Below, in pieces: positions 35,679-48,312 of a stretch of DNA of 64,000 nucleotides (within the stretch, counting starts at the first letter, position 1; each line of letters starts with the position of its first letter). The position numbers and the translations under genes were made by a program. The DNA is taken from positions 62,001 to 126,000 of the forward strand of contig JAPDFW010000147.1 in the NCBI GenBank assembly GCA_028826165.1, written 5' to 3'. Source of the stretch: Anaeramoeba ignava BMAN (Eukaryota; Protista; Anaeramoebae). A model generated the notes under the pieces. It was not told where the DNA came from. It did no database searches and was given only the letters and a program-made list of their open reading frames with translations.

Positions 35679-38600
35679 ATGAGTTTTGAAGACGCAATTA
35701 ACCAAAAACAAAACCAAAGACAAAATCAATATGAATCTGAAAGTAATTTTGATAGGTTATATAGAAAAACATTAGATAATATTACAAACATTGGTGCAAA
35801 TTTAAGAACAACAAAGAATTTTGTTTCAAAACTTGGAAAAAAAGGAGATACTGAACAACATCGTGAAAAAATTGCTAAAGTTTCAAAAAGAAATTTAGAT
35901 TTAATTAAAATGACTAAATTAAATATTCAAGAACTTGATAGAATTAAAAGACCTGAAGTATTTTTTTTGGAATTCTAAATTTAGAATTTATTCATTAATT
36001 TATTTAGGGAATTTGATTTAATAATTAATATAAATATTAAATATTAAATATAAATATTAAATATAAATATAAATATAAATATAAATATTAAATATAAATA
36101 TTAGATATAAATATTAATATAAATATAAATATTAGATATAAATATTAAATATAAAATATAAATATTAAATATTAAATATAAATATAAAATATTAAATATT
36201 AAATATAAAAATAAAATATAAATATAAAATATTAAATATTAAATATTAGATATAAATATTAATATAAATATAAAAATATAAATATAAATATAAATATAAA
36301 TATAAATATAAATATAAAAATAAAAATATAAATATTAAATATTTAATATAAATATTAAATATAAAAAAAAATATAAATATAAAATATTAAATATAAATAT
36401 TAAATATAAATATAAATATAAATATAAAATATAAAATATTAAATATAAATATATAAAATAAAAAATATTAAATATAAAAATAAAAAAATATAAAATAAAA
36501 ATATAAAATAAATTACAAAAATATAAAATTAAAACAAACACAAATATAAATATTAAATATAAAAACAAAGATATAAATATTAGATATAAACATTAGATAT
36601 AAATATTAGATATAAATATTAAATATAAATATTAAATATAAATAATATTAAATATAAATATTAGATATAAATATTAAAATACAAAATATAAAAATATAAA
36701 TATTAAATAAAAATAAAATATAAATAATAAATATAAAAATATTAAATAAAAAAATAATATAAATATTAAAAAACAAATATATAAATATAAAAAAATATAA
36801 ATATTAAATAAAAAATATAAAAAATAAATAAAATTATAAATATTAAATATAAATAAAAATAAAAATAAACATAAAAATATAAAATATTAAATACAAAAAT
36901 ATAAATATAAATATAAAAATCAAATAAAAATATAAAAACATAAATATTAAATAAAATATAAAAATAAATATGATATAAAACATAAATAAACATAAAATAT
37001 AAAATATAAATATAAAATAAAATATTAAAATATAAATATAAAATAAATAAAATATAAAATATAAAAATAAAATAAAAATATAAATATAAATAAATAAATA
37101 AATATAAAATAAATAACAAATATAAATATTAAATTATATAAATATTAAATATAAATATTAAATATAAAATAAATATTAAAAATATAAAATAACAAAAAAT
37201 AAATAAAAATATAAATATTAAATATAAAATATAAAAATATAAAAACATATAAATACAGATATAAACATAAATATAAATATTAAATATAAATTAAATATAA
37301 ATATAAATATAAATATAAACATTAAATATAAATATAAATATTAAAATATAAATATTAAATATATAAATAACAAAATATAAAATAAATAAAAATACATAAA
37401 CATTAAAATATTAAACATAAATATTAAATATAAAATATTAAAATATAAATATTAATAAACATTAAATAAAAAAAATAAATATAAAAATAAATATAAACAT
37501 TAAATATAAACATAAAATAAAAAATAAAATATATAAAAATTAATACAAAAATAAATATATAAATACAAAATATAAAAATATAAATATAAAAATATAAACA
37601 CATAAATATAAATATATAAATATAAAATAAAAAAAAAAATAAATATAAAATATAAATATTAAATATAAAATAAAAAAAAAATATAAAATAAAATATAAAA
37701 TATAAAATATTAAATATAAAAAAATATTTAAATATAAATATATAAAATATATAAATATAAAAATAAAATAAAAAAAAATAAATATTAAAACATAAATATA
37801 AAATAAAAAATAAAAATAAAATAAAAATAAAAATAAATATAAAATATTATAAAAATATAAATATAAAATAAAAATATAAATATAAAATATAAAATATAAA
37901 ATAAAAATATAAAATATAAAAATATAAAATATAAATATAAATATAAAATAAAAATATAAAATAAAATATAAACATAAATATAAAACAAAATATTAAATAT
38001 TAAACACAAATATTAAATATAAATATAAAATAAAATAATATTAAAATATAAATATTAAATATAAATATTAAATAAAAATATAAAAAAAACAAATATTAAA
38101 TATAAATATAAAATAAATATTAAAATATAAATATTAAATATAAATATTAAATAAAAATATAAAAAAAATAAATATTAAAATATAAAATAAATATTAAATA
38201 TAAATATTAAATATAAATATTAAATATAAAATATAAAAATAAAAATATAAATATTAAATATAAATATAAATATTAGATATAAATATTAAATATAAATATT
38301 AAATATAAATATTAAATAAATAAATATAAATATAAATATAAAATAATAAATATAAATATAAAAATATTAATATAAAAATATAAATATATAAATATAAATA
38401 TTAGATATAAATATTAAATATAAATATTAAATATAAATATTAGATATAAATATTAAGATATAAATATTAAATATTAAATATAAATATTAAATATAAATAT
38501 AAATATAAATATTAAATAAATATAAATATAAATATTAATATAAATATAAATGTTAATTTAAATAATTGAAAATTGAAAATTGAAAAAAATAGGATCAATT

Positions 38601-39207
38601 AAAATATGAAAAAGTTTTCAAAGATTTTAAATCAATTTTTGAAACTTATCAAAATGTTGAAAATGAATCAATTAGAAGACAAAGAGAAACAGCACCACAA
38701 GAAAGCGCACCACGCCATGATATTGAGTTTGTTATTCTTTATAAAATTTGAAATTTAATCCAAAAAAAAAATTAATTCAAAAAATTCAAAAAAATATTTT
38801 TTGCTGTCAGAACTCAAGACAACCAAAAACTTCTTGAAAATGATGCAGAAATTGAACGGAGACGACAACAAGCTTTCATGAATGAAGAGATTGATCATCA
38901 CAAAGATATTATTCAAGAACGTGATGAACAAATTCAAGAAATTGAATCATCAATTATTGAAATTAATGAAATGTTCCGAGATATGGCCACAATGGTTCAT
39001 GAACAAGGAAAGAAAATCGAAACAATAGACCAAAATATCGATACTACAGAATTCAATACAGGAGAAGCTGTGCTTGAACTTGAGAAAGCTTCAAATTATC
39101 AATCAAAAGCAAGAAAAAAAAGTTGTTATCTTTTGATTTGCATAATTATTCTTGCTATCGTTCTTATCGTTATTTTGGCACCTGTTTTAACCCTGGTGAA
39201 GAAATAA
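35679..39207 (+). CDS. Syntaxin 7/12 (Pep12/SYP2)-like Qa-SNARE
   Basis: Exons 35679-35957, 38593-38726, 38811-39207. Habc region (LGKKGDTEQHREKI), SNARE motif IQERDEQIQEIESSIIEINEMFRDMATMVHEQGKKIETIDQNI, C-terminal TM helix. Confidence 0.92.
36030..38550. repeat. Intronic satellite (AAATAT/AAATATT)n in syntaxin
   Basis: About 2.5 kb array inside intron 35958-38592. Confidence 0.95.
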
Positions 39208-39548
39208 CATACCTTTTCGTTATTTTCTTCACTTTTTTCTTACTTGGAGTTGATCCTCTTTTTTTTATTTTCTTTTTTTTTTTTTGCTTTTTTTTTTCGA
39301 AATTTCTTTTTCTTTTTCTTTTTCTTTCTTTTTCAAAAATATTATAACTATTCAATCATTAATTTGAAGTAAATCAATTTGGATTTTTTTAGTATTTTTC
39401 TTTTTGTGTTTTTTTTCTCTCTCCTTTTTTAATCTTTCTTTTTAAAATTTTTTTTTTCTTTTTTCAAATTCAAATTTTCATTTTTTCATTTTTTCATTTT
39501 TTTCATTTTTTCTTTTCTTACATTATTTTATTTTCATTTACTTTTATA

Positions 39549-42500
39549 ATGTCAGATTTAACTGTTGAAGAACTTTTAAAATATTCAGAAATTGAGAAAC
39601 TTTCAAAAGAAGATAACCAAACTGATTTTACAAAATTATCATTACAAGAAATTCTTTTAAAATGGATAAATTCGAAACTTAGTTTAACACAAATTAGTAA
39701 TTTCAGTACAGATTTTCAAGTAATTTATTTAAAAATAAATTTATAACGAAATTTAATAAATTAATAAATAAATTAATAAATAAATTAATAAATAAATTAA
39801 TAAATAAATTAATAAATAAAATAATAAATAATTTAATAAATAAATTAATAAATAAAATAATAAATAAATTAATAAATAAATTAATAAATAAATTAATAAA
39901 TAAATTAATAAATAAATTAATAAATAAATTAATAAATAATTTAATAAATAATTTAATAAATAAATTAATAAATAAATTAATAAATAATTTAATAAATAAA
40001 TTAATAAATAAATTAATAAATAAAATAATAAATAATTTAATAAATAAATTAATAATAAATTAATAAATAAATAATTTAATAAATAAATTAATAAAATAAA
40101 ATAATTTAATAAATAAATTAAAATTAATAAATAAATTAAATAAATAAATTAATAAATAAATAAAAACAAATAAATAAATAATAAATTAATAAATAAATTA
40201 AATAAATAAATAAATAAATAAATAAAAATTAATAAATAAATTTAATAAAATAAATAAAATTAATAATAAATAAAATTTTAATAAATAATTTAATAAATAA
40301 ATTAATAAATAATTTTAATAAATAAAATAATAAATAATTTTAATAAAAATAAATAAATTAATAAATAAATTAATAAATTAATAAATAAATTTAATAATAA
40401 ATAAATTTAATAAATAAATTAATAAATAATTTAATAAATAATTTAATAAATAAAATAAATAAATAAATAAATTAATAAATAAATAAATAATAATTTAATA
40501 AATAATTTAATAAATAAATTAATAAATAAATTAATAAATAAATTAATAAAAATAATAAATAAATTAATTAATAAATAAATAATTTAATAAATAAATTAAT
40601 AAATAAATTAATAAATAAATTAATAAATAAATTAAATAAATTAATAAATAAATTTAATAAATAATTAATAAATAAATTAATAAAAATAAAATTTTAATAA
40701 ATAAATTAACAAATAAATTAATAAATAAATAAATTAATAAATAAATTAATAAATAAAAATTAATAAATAAATTTAATAAATAATTTAATAAATAAATTTA
40801 ATAAACAATTTAATAAATAAATTAAATAAATAAATTAATAAAAAAATAATAAATAATTTAATAAATAAATTAATAAATAATAAATAAAAATTAATAATAA
40901 ATAAAATTAATAAAATAAATAAATTAATAATAAATAAATAAATAAAATAATAAATAATTTAATAAATAAATTAATAAATAAATTAATAAATAAATAAATA
41001 AATAAAATAAATAAATTAATAAATAAATTAATAAATAAATAAATAAAAATAAATAAATTAATAAATATAAATTAATAAATAAATTTAATAAATAATTTAA
41101 TAAATAAATTTAATAAATAATTTAATAAATAATTTAATAAATAATTTAATAAATAATTTAATAAATAATTTAATAAATAATTTAATAAATAATTTAATAA
41201 ATAAATTTAATAAATAAATTAATAAATAATTTAATAAATAATTTAATAAATAATTTAATAAATAAATTTAATAAATAAATAAATAATTTAATAAATAAAT
41301 TAATAAAATAAATTTAATAAATAATTTAATAAATAATTTAATAAATAAATTAATAAATAAATTTGTTTTTATATATATTTAGGATTCCCAAAAATTGCTT
41401 GAAATTGTTAAATTAACAACTAATTTTGATGAAACTGAACAAATTTCTGATCAAAAAACAACACTTGAAATTGCAGAAATAATACTAAAATTTCTTAAAG
41501 AAAAACTAAAATTAAAAATTGAAGAAATAACTGCAGAAGAAATTAATAACGTGAGTGAAAACATTTTTTATTCAAATAATTTACATATATTTTATATTTT
41601 ATATTTTATATTTTATATTTAATAGGGAAATGAAACACAAATTTTAAAAGTTATCACTAATTTATTTCTCAATTATCACAATCATTCTAGCCAAGATAAA
41701 AACAATCAAAATTTAGATTATTCTAATGATGATAATGATGATGATGATAAAATACTTGATATTGAATTTGTTGATTCTAATTTTGAAGACGATATGATTT
41801 TCTTTAATAAAGATAATTTTCAAAACTTAGCCCAATTTACAAATGAAAGCATTAAAACAGTTTTTGAAATTACAAAAATCAAGCATAAGTTATTAGCTTT
41901 ACTTCCAAGAATAAAAGAAATTGCTAAAATTTTAGCATTAGAAACACTTAATTCATTTCCAAAAATCAATGAAATTGTTACAGAAAATGTAGTTTTAAAT
42001 TTAAGTTTTAAATTTTAAATTTAAATTTGTTAATTGAAAATTTTTTATTAATAGGATCTTAATCTTTCTCAAAAACTTGTTTTTCAATCTGTTGTTCAAA
42101 TTTGGAATCATTATTTTCAATCAGAACCTCCAAATGCATCAAAAATACATTTAATTTCTGAGATTTCTAGACTATCAAATCAAATTGAAATTGATATTGT
42201 TTTCCAAATTAAAGAAAAAATTGAAAATTATTTCCTTGAATATAATGAAGCTTTGTATCGAGAAAAGGAAACAAATATTAAATTTGTTTTGGATTCCTTA
42301 TTTAATCAATTGTTGATGAATTATCATTTTTCAAGTTGTTTATCAAGTTTGGTCTCACAGTTATTAATTCATAACTCTTGTTTTGAATCACAAAATGGTG
42401 AATAATTTTACTATAATTTTAAAAGAGAAAATTTATATTTATATTTATTTGATTATTTTTTGAAAAAAAAAAAAAAAGAGGAACTATTAAGTTCTTTAAA

Positions 42501-44325
42501 AGTATTATTAATGACAAAACTAGAAAATATTGTAATTGGTTCGATTGATTATGATTTTGTTTCAAATGTGATGATTGAACTATTTTATCGTATTGCGTTT
42601 TCTTCTCAAATTAATGTAAAAAATATTTACAAAAATATTTTAATTTTCAAAACGAATTTTAAAATGAATTTTAATTTTAAATTCAAAATGAATTTTAATT
42701 TTAATTTTAAATTCAAAATGAATTTTAATTTTAATTTTAATTTTGATTTTAGAAAATTAAAACAATTATCGCAGAATCAAAGAAAGAAGCATTTGGATTA
42801 ACACTTCGATCTGTTCTTGATGAAAAATCCTCTCTTGGATTAAAAGAACTAGTAGCAAAGTTAATTTACGAAAGAAACGAACTAATCCACACAAAAACAG
42901 AAACAGAAATCCAAACAGAAAACATGGATTATTATAATTTTGGAGAGAAAGTAAGAAGATCGGAAGAAATCATGGGGAAATATTTCAATTTGAATCACCT
43001 TGAATATTTTGTAGCACTTCTTGATCCGAATAATTGCCGGGATTTAATTGATACTTTATCGCAAACACTTTTTGATTTCATTGAACAATTCGGGGTGACA
43101 ATAGATTTCATACGGATGGTTATATCGCAACAGATCCTCATGACAAAAGGACCAGAATATTTATTTCGAGCAAATGATGTGTCAACAAAGTTGATTTCCA
43201 AATACGCAGTTTTGTATGGAAAGGACTATTTAATAAAAACACTTTCGCCAACAATCAAGTCCATTTGCAAGAGCGGACTAAATTTTGAAATTGATTCCTA
43301 TGTCGAAAGGGATCCAATGGCGCTAAAACAGAATACAGAAAATATAAGGAAATATTATTATGAAATATCAAAGGCTATCTTTGATTCCGCACACGAGGCT
43401 CCTAAAGGGTTTTACATCCTGTGCGAGCATATCAAGACAGAAATTTGTCAACGTTTTTCTGATTCAAAAGACTTTTTAACCCCTATAGGTGGGTTTATTT
43501 TCTTGAGGTTTTTTTGTCCTGCTATTCTTCTTCCTCAATCTTTTGGAATTCTTGATGAAGAACCTTCTGATTCTGCAAGTAGAGGTCTTCTTCTTTTATC
43601 TTCAATTTTGCAGAATGTTGCTAGTGGTAAAACTTTTGGTACGAATCGGGAGTATATGCAACCTTTTAATGATGATATTTCAGCAAATCTTAAAAATCGA
43701 GAAATGTTTTTTACTAAACTTTCTGTAATTTTATAAATTAATTTTAAATATAATTTTCAATATAATTTTATAAATTAAATATAATTTTCAATATAATTTT
43801 CAATATAATTTTATAAATTAAATATAATTTTCAATATAATTTTATAAATTAATTTTAAATATAATTTTCAATATAATTTTAAATATAATTTTATAAATTA
43901 ATTTTAAATATAATTTTAATTCTTAGAATGCTGAACATATAGAAAAAGAATCATTCCATGTAAACAAAAGAGCTGGCTTCCAAAACGATTTAAATGTAGA
44001 ACTCTTATTCGATCCTAATCAAATACTAGATTTAGATCCATATACACTCGCAAATGATTTTTTCACTGGAATTCAATCACATTTTCCAGATTTTTGTAAT
44101 GATTTTTGTTCAACTCTTGGTGTTTCTCGTTTGAGTAGTCTCACTAAATTTACAAATCAAATTGAAAAAAATGATACTCAGAAAATGCTTTATATCATCC
44201 AATTTATTGAAAATGTTTTTCTTGATGCAAAAAATAAACTTAAACCTGATGATACATCTCAAAATCAACAAAATGATTCAAATACTAGAAAACCTTCTTA
44301 TCAAAATTTAGGAAAAAAGAAATAA
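39549..44325 (+). CDS. RasGAP with N-terminal calponin-homology domain
   Basis: Seven exons (39549-39719, 41383-41550, 41626-41988, 42055-42398, ~42479-42615, 42753-43724, 43927-44325). CH motif ILLKWIN..ISNFSTDFQD...GNETQIL; RasGAP motifs LFRAND (arginine finger) and GGFIFLRFFCPAILLP. Confidence 0.9.
39755..41360. repeat. Intronic 12-mer satellite (AATAAATAAATT)n in RasGAP
   Basis: About 1.6 kb array inside intron 39720-41382. Confidence 0.95.
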
Positions 44326-44526
44326 TTCAATCAAAAAAACAAAAATTATTTTCTTCAATTTGTTTACTAAAAAAAAAATCACAAATCTTTTCTTTCTCAT
44401 TCCAAAATTTTTTTTAACAAAAAAACAAAAAGATTTAATAGAAAATCAAAAGAAGAAATGAAAGAATTTTTTTTTTTTCAATTAATTCATAAAATTTGAT
44501 TAAATTCAATTTAAATTTATTTAAAA

Positions 44527-46430
44527 TTATTTTTTATTGAATATTTTTTGAATTTTCTTCAATTCATTTTGGAAATGTTTGCATGAATTCAATTGAAAAT
44601 ATTCTTCAATATCAATCATTTCTTCAAGAATTTCATCAAGAATTTTCTTATTAAAATCACTTTTTTCAAATTTTGCTAAATATAAGTATTTAATAAAAAT
44701 ATTAATTGTTTCGAATCTTCGATTTGAATATTCATTGACTTTATTGGATGAATCATTAACATTAAGAAACATCCCACGAAATAAGTCGCTACGTGCAGCA
44801 AGAACAAACTTATGGGCTTTTATGGGTTTGTTTTGGGAAATTATGGTGAAATCTTTTGAATCATCATCCAAATAAAGCTTATGAAGATCCTCTCTGAATA
44901 AAGAAGTTGAATATTTTTTGATTTTTTCGATATCAAATCCAAGTTGAGCCAAAATGGGTAAAATTTCTGGAAACAATTTGCCGTAGTATATCCATTGAAG
45001 AACTTTCTTGCCGAGATGAAGTTGAATTGTGTTCATTATTTGCTTGAAAAGTGGGATTTTCTCACTATTTAGTCTAGCTGTCAAAATATTTGAATGAACC
45101 GGATAATAGCCATCAAGAAAATCAATTTTCTCAGTGAAAAACTCCTGTCTTTCCAACAAAATCCTGAAATCATTTTCCAAAGAAGCATCCGATTTGAAAA
45201 AAACAAAAGAATTAAGTGGACCACAAAAGGGAAAAAGTTGTTGATCAGAAACAAAGTCGGGAAGAATCAATTTTTGAGGGATCAAAGCAGAATTCGAATT
45301 CCCAAATCCTAATTCGCCATAATTGGTATTTTCTCCCCAAACAAAAACCTCGTTTAAATCATTGATTGCCAAGGAATGAGCGCTTCCACAAGCAATAGAA
45401 ACGATGTTCATATCAATAAATTTTGGAATTAATTGAAATATTGGTTGATCTTGAGTTTTCTGCAGACCGTTGTGGCGATGTGAGCCGCAAGAATAGAGTC
45501 TTCCGAAGGAATCTTGGGAGTACAATAAAAGTGACTGATAATAACCGGTTTGAATATCGATAATTTTATCAACTTCCTTAAAGGTTTTGATTTCAGTCAA
45601 ATTTTCGATGTTCTCAATGGAACCAATACCAAGCTGCCCGTAGACATTTGTTCCAGATACCAAGAGCCTGTTGTCTCTTGTTATAACAAAGAAATGATGC
45701 GAATCGTTTCCTGAGAAAATTCTTTGGACATTAGTTGCTATCAAATCGAATCGACCTGTTTCTTTTTATGAGACAGAAAAAATAGAACCAAGACAGATAT
45801 AAGTGACTAAGTTAGAATTTTATTGCATCAAAAATTAGGTGAGGAATACTTACTTGTGTCTGAATTATCATTATAATAGGCCGAGTTTGAGTGCCAAAGC
45901 TGCCCGTCAGGATCAGTAACAATAAACATCTTCGACGCATCGCAAGCGATATCAATAACAATCTTGTCTTTGAATTCATGGACCGGTTCGGGATTTATAG
46001 TCTTTGTTTGTGATATTATGTTGTAGTCATTTCTAAATTCATATGCTTTATTATCCTCCGTTTTTGTTAATATTTGAGAGCATCCTGCGCTTATTTTATC
46101 GATCCCAAACTTGTTCTCTATATTATAATGTGCCTGTTCATATGCTATTTTCCCACTCAAAAAAATATCTCCATTAGAACAAATTATAATTGTTGAATAA
46201 ATTGTTGCTGCAATTTGACTTATATATTCATTATTAGGAAGAGAAAAACTATATGGAGTTTCTTGATTTTGTAAATTTGAACGAAATCCTAATTGTTTTT
46301 CTTTATTATATCTGTTTTAATTTTTTTAAAATTTTTCAATAATTTTATTTTTAATTTTATTTTTATTTTTATTTTAATTTTATTTTAAAAACCCCCAAGC
46401 AAAATATGTTGGATTTAATTGTGTTTCCAT
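44527..46430 (-). CDS. RCC1-repeat + BTB/POZ domain protein (divergent, intron-containing paralog)
   Basis: Exons ~46430-46393, ~46311-45854, 45761-44527. Motifs GTNVYGQLG, ACGSAHSL, WGENTNYGELG and BTB KDFTI...IKAHKFVLAARSDLFRGMF. Confidence 0.9.
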
Positions 46431-46531
46431 TTTTTATTTAAAAAGAAAAAAGAAAATGAAAAAGAAAGTGGAATTTTTTTCATTTTTTTTTTTCATTTTT
46501 TTTTTTCATTTTTCTTTTAAAAAACATTTAA
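46431..46531. promoter_or_regulatory. Putative 101-bp bidirectional promoter with Inr-like motifs on both strands
   Basis: AAAATGAAAAA at ~46453 faces the minus-strand RCC1-BTB gene; three TTTCATTTT copies at 46477-46513 face the plus-strand gene. Confidence 0.55.
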
Positions 46532-48106
46532 ATGAATAAACCTCAATTCCATTATAAAGGAGAAGTAACAGAAATATCAAAAGAAAAAAAGTGCGTTTTT
46601 TTTTCCTTTTTTTCCTTTTTAATTTTATTAATTTTTTTTTTTTCCTTTTTTTTCCTTTTTTTTTTTTAGTTTTGAAGACTTTGCTAAACAAATAAAATTA
46701 AATTTAGGAAAAGAGCAAGAAGAACAAAAAATATTTCAATCTCAATTATCTGATGGATATTCACTCAAAGATGCGATTCCAAAAAATAATGTGCAAATTA
46801 AAATTCATTTTAAAATTCATTTTGAAATCAAAATCAAAATCAAAATTAAAATCAAAATTAAAATTAAAATTAAAATCAAAAATTAAAATTCATTTTGAAA
46901 TTAAAATTAAAATTAAAATTAAAATCAAAATTAAAATAAAATTAAAATTAAAATTCATTTTAAAATTAAAATCAAAATCAAAATTAAAATTAAAATTAAA
47001 ATTAAAATTAAAATTAAAATTAAAATTAAAATTAAAATTAAAATTAAAATTAAAATTAAAATTAAAATTAAAATTAAAATTAAAATTAAAATTAAAATTA
47101 AAATTCAAATCAAAATTAAAATTAAAATTAAAATTATAATTATAATTAAAATTAAAATCAAAATTGAAATTAAAACTAATATTGAAATTAAAATTCATTT
47201 TGAAATTAAAATTGAAATTAAAATTAAAATTGAAATTAAAATTAAAATTAAAATTAAAATTAAAATTAAAATTAAAATTAAAATTAAAACTAAAATTCAT
47301 TTTAAAATTAAAATTAAAATTAAAATTAAAATTCATTTTAAAATTAAAATTAAAATCAAAATTCAAATTAAAATAAAATTAAAATTAAAATTCATTTTAA
47401 AATTTAAAAAATTGAAATGTTGTCTGGAAATCCTTTTTTTTTTGTCATATTTTAGGGTCTTGAAGTTCTTTTTACTCCAGAAATAGCAATCTTGCATACA
47501 AAATACTTATGGGAGGAAGAAATTAAAAACATTGAAAAAAAAGCAAATAGTCTCAAAGCAAACAGAAAAAAAAAATTGGAAAAAACTATTGATCAAATCA
47601 AAGCAAGCAAATTGAAAGAAAAAAACAACATTCTTGAAAAAAAATTAAAAGAACTTACAGACCAAGAACATATAAGATCTGGATTGAAAAATAATATTGA
47701 ACAAGATAAAATAGAAAATCCAAATCGATCTGACGAAGAAAAACAGCAATTGCTAAAATTAGAAAAATTAACAAAAGAAGAATTTAATAGAAAACTTGAA
47801 GATCTTAAAAAAGAATCTGAAGATTTGGATAAACAAACCAAAAAAGTTAAAGAACAAATCCAAGAACTTAAAAGAACTAATTTTTTTCCACAACCAAAAG
47901 GAGAAAATGTTAATCCTTTGGTAAGACATATGTGTATGCTTTTTCAAGACCATGAGAATGCAGATTTTAAAACTGAAATTAGTGATTCAAGACCTAAAGG
48001 TTTAGTTTTTACTGCTTTTAAGAATAAACCATCTTCGAAAAATATAACTGATTTACATCATATTCCAAAAAAATATTTTGATATGGAAAATGCAATCAAA
48101 TTTTAA
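46532..48106 (+). CDS. Hypothetical coiled-coil protein
   Basis: Exons 46532-46590, 46670-46790, 47456-48106 splice in frame. K/E-rich heptads; no family recognised. Confidence 0.65.
46797..47400. repeat. Intronic (AAAATT)n array
   Basis: Hexamer array inside intron 46791-47455. Confidence 0.93.
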
Positions 48107-48312
48107 ATTTCAAATTTTAAAATTCAAAAGAATTTCAAAAGAGAATTTCAATTTCCGTTTTTTATTTTTTTTTTGCTTTTTTTTTTTGCTTTTTTTTTTG
48201 CTTTTTCGTTTAACAAAAGAACATTCCACTTTTTATTCTTATTATTTTTATTTTTATTTTATTTTATTTTATTTTATTATTATTTTTATTATATTTTATT
48301 ATTTTTCTAAAA

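Noticed and set aside
45762-45853. Apparent stop/frameshift splitting ORFs 45828-46160 and 44527-45744
   Set aside because: Explained by a canonical GTAAGT...AG intron that joins the two in frame.
6559-47376. ORFs of poly-IL, poly-FN, poly-KL, poly-IK, poly-DF and Y/F/I-rich sequence (e.g. 6559-6750, 8755-8970, 12198-12899, 20145-20468, 22045-22347, 34755-35121, 36335-38009, 46753-47376)
   Set aside because: They are translations of tandem repeats in introns or spacers, or alternate frames of the NQ repeat; not genes.
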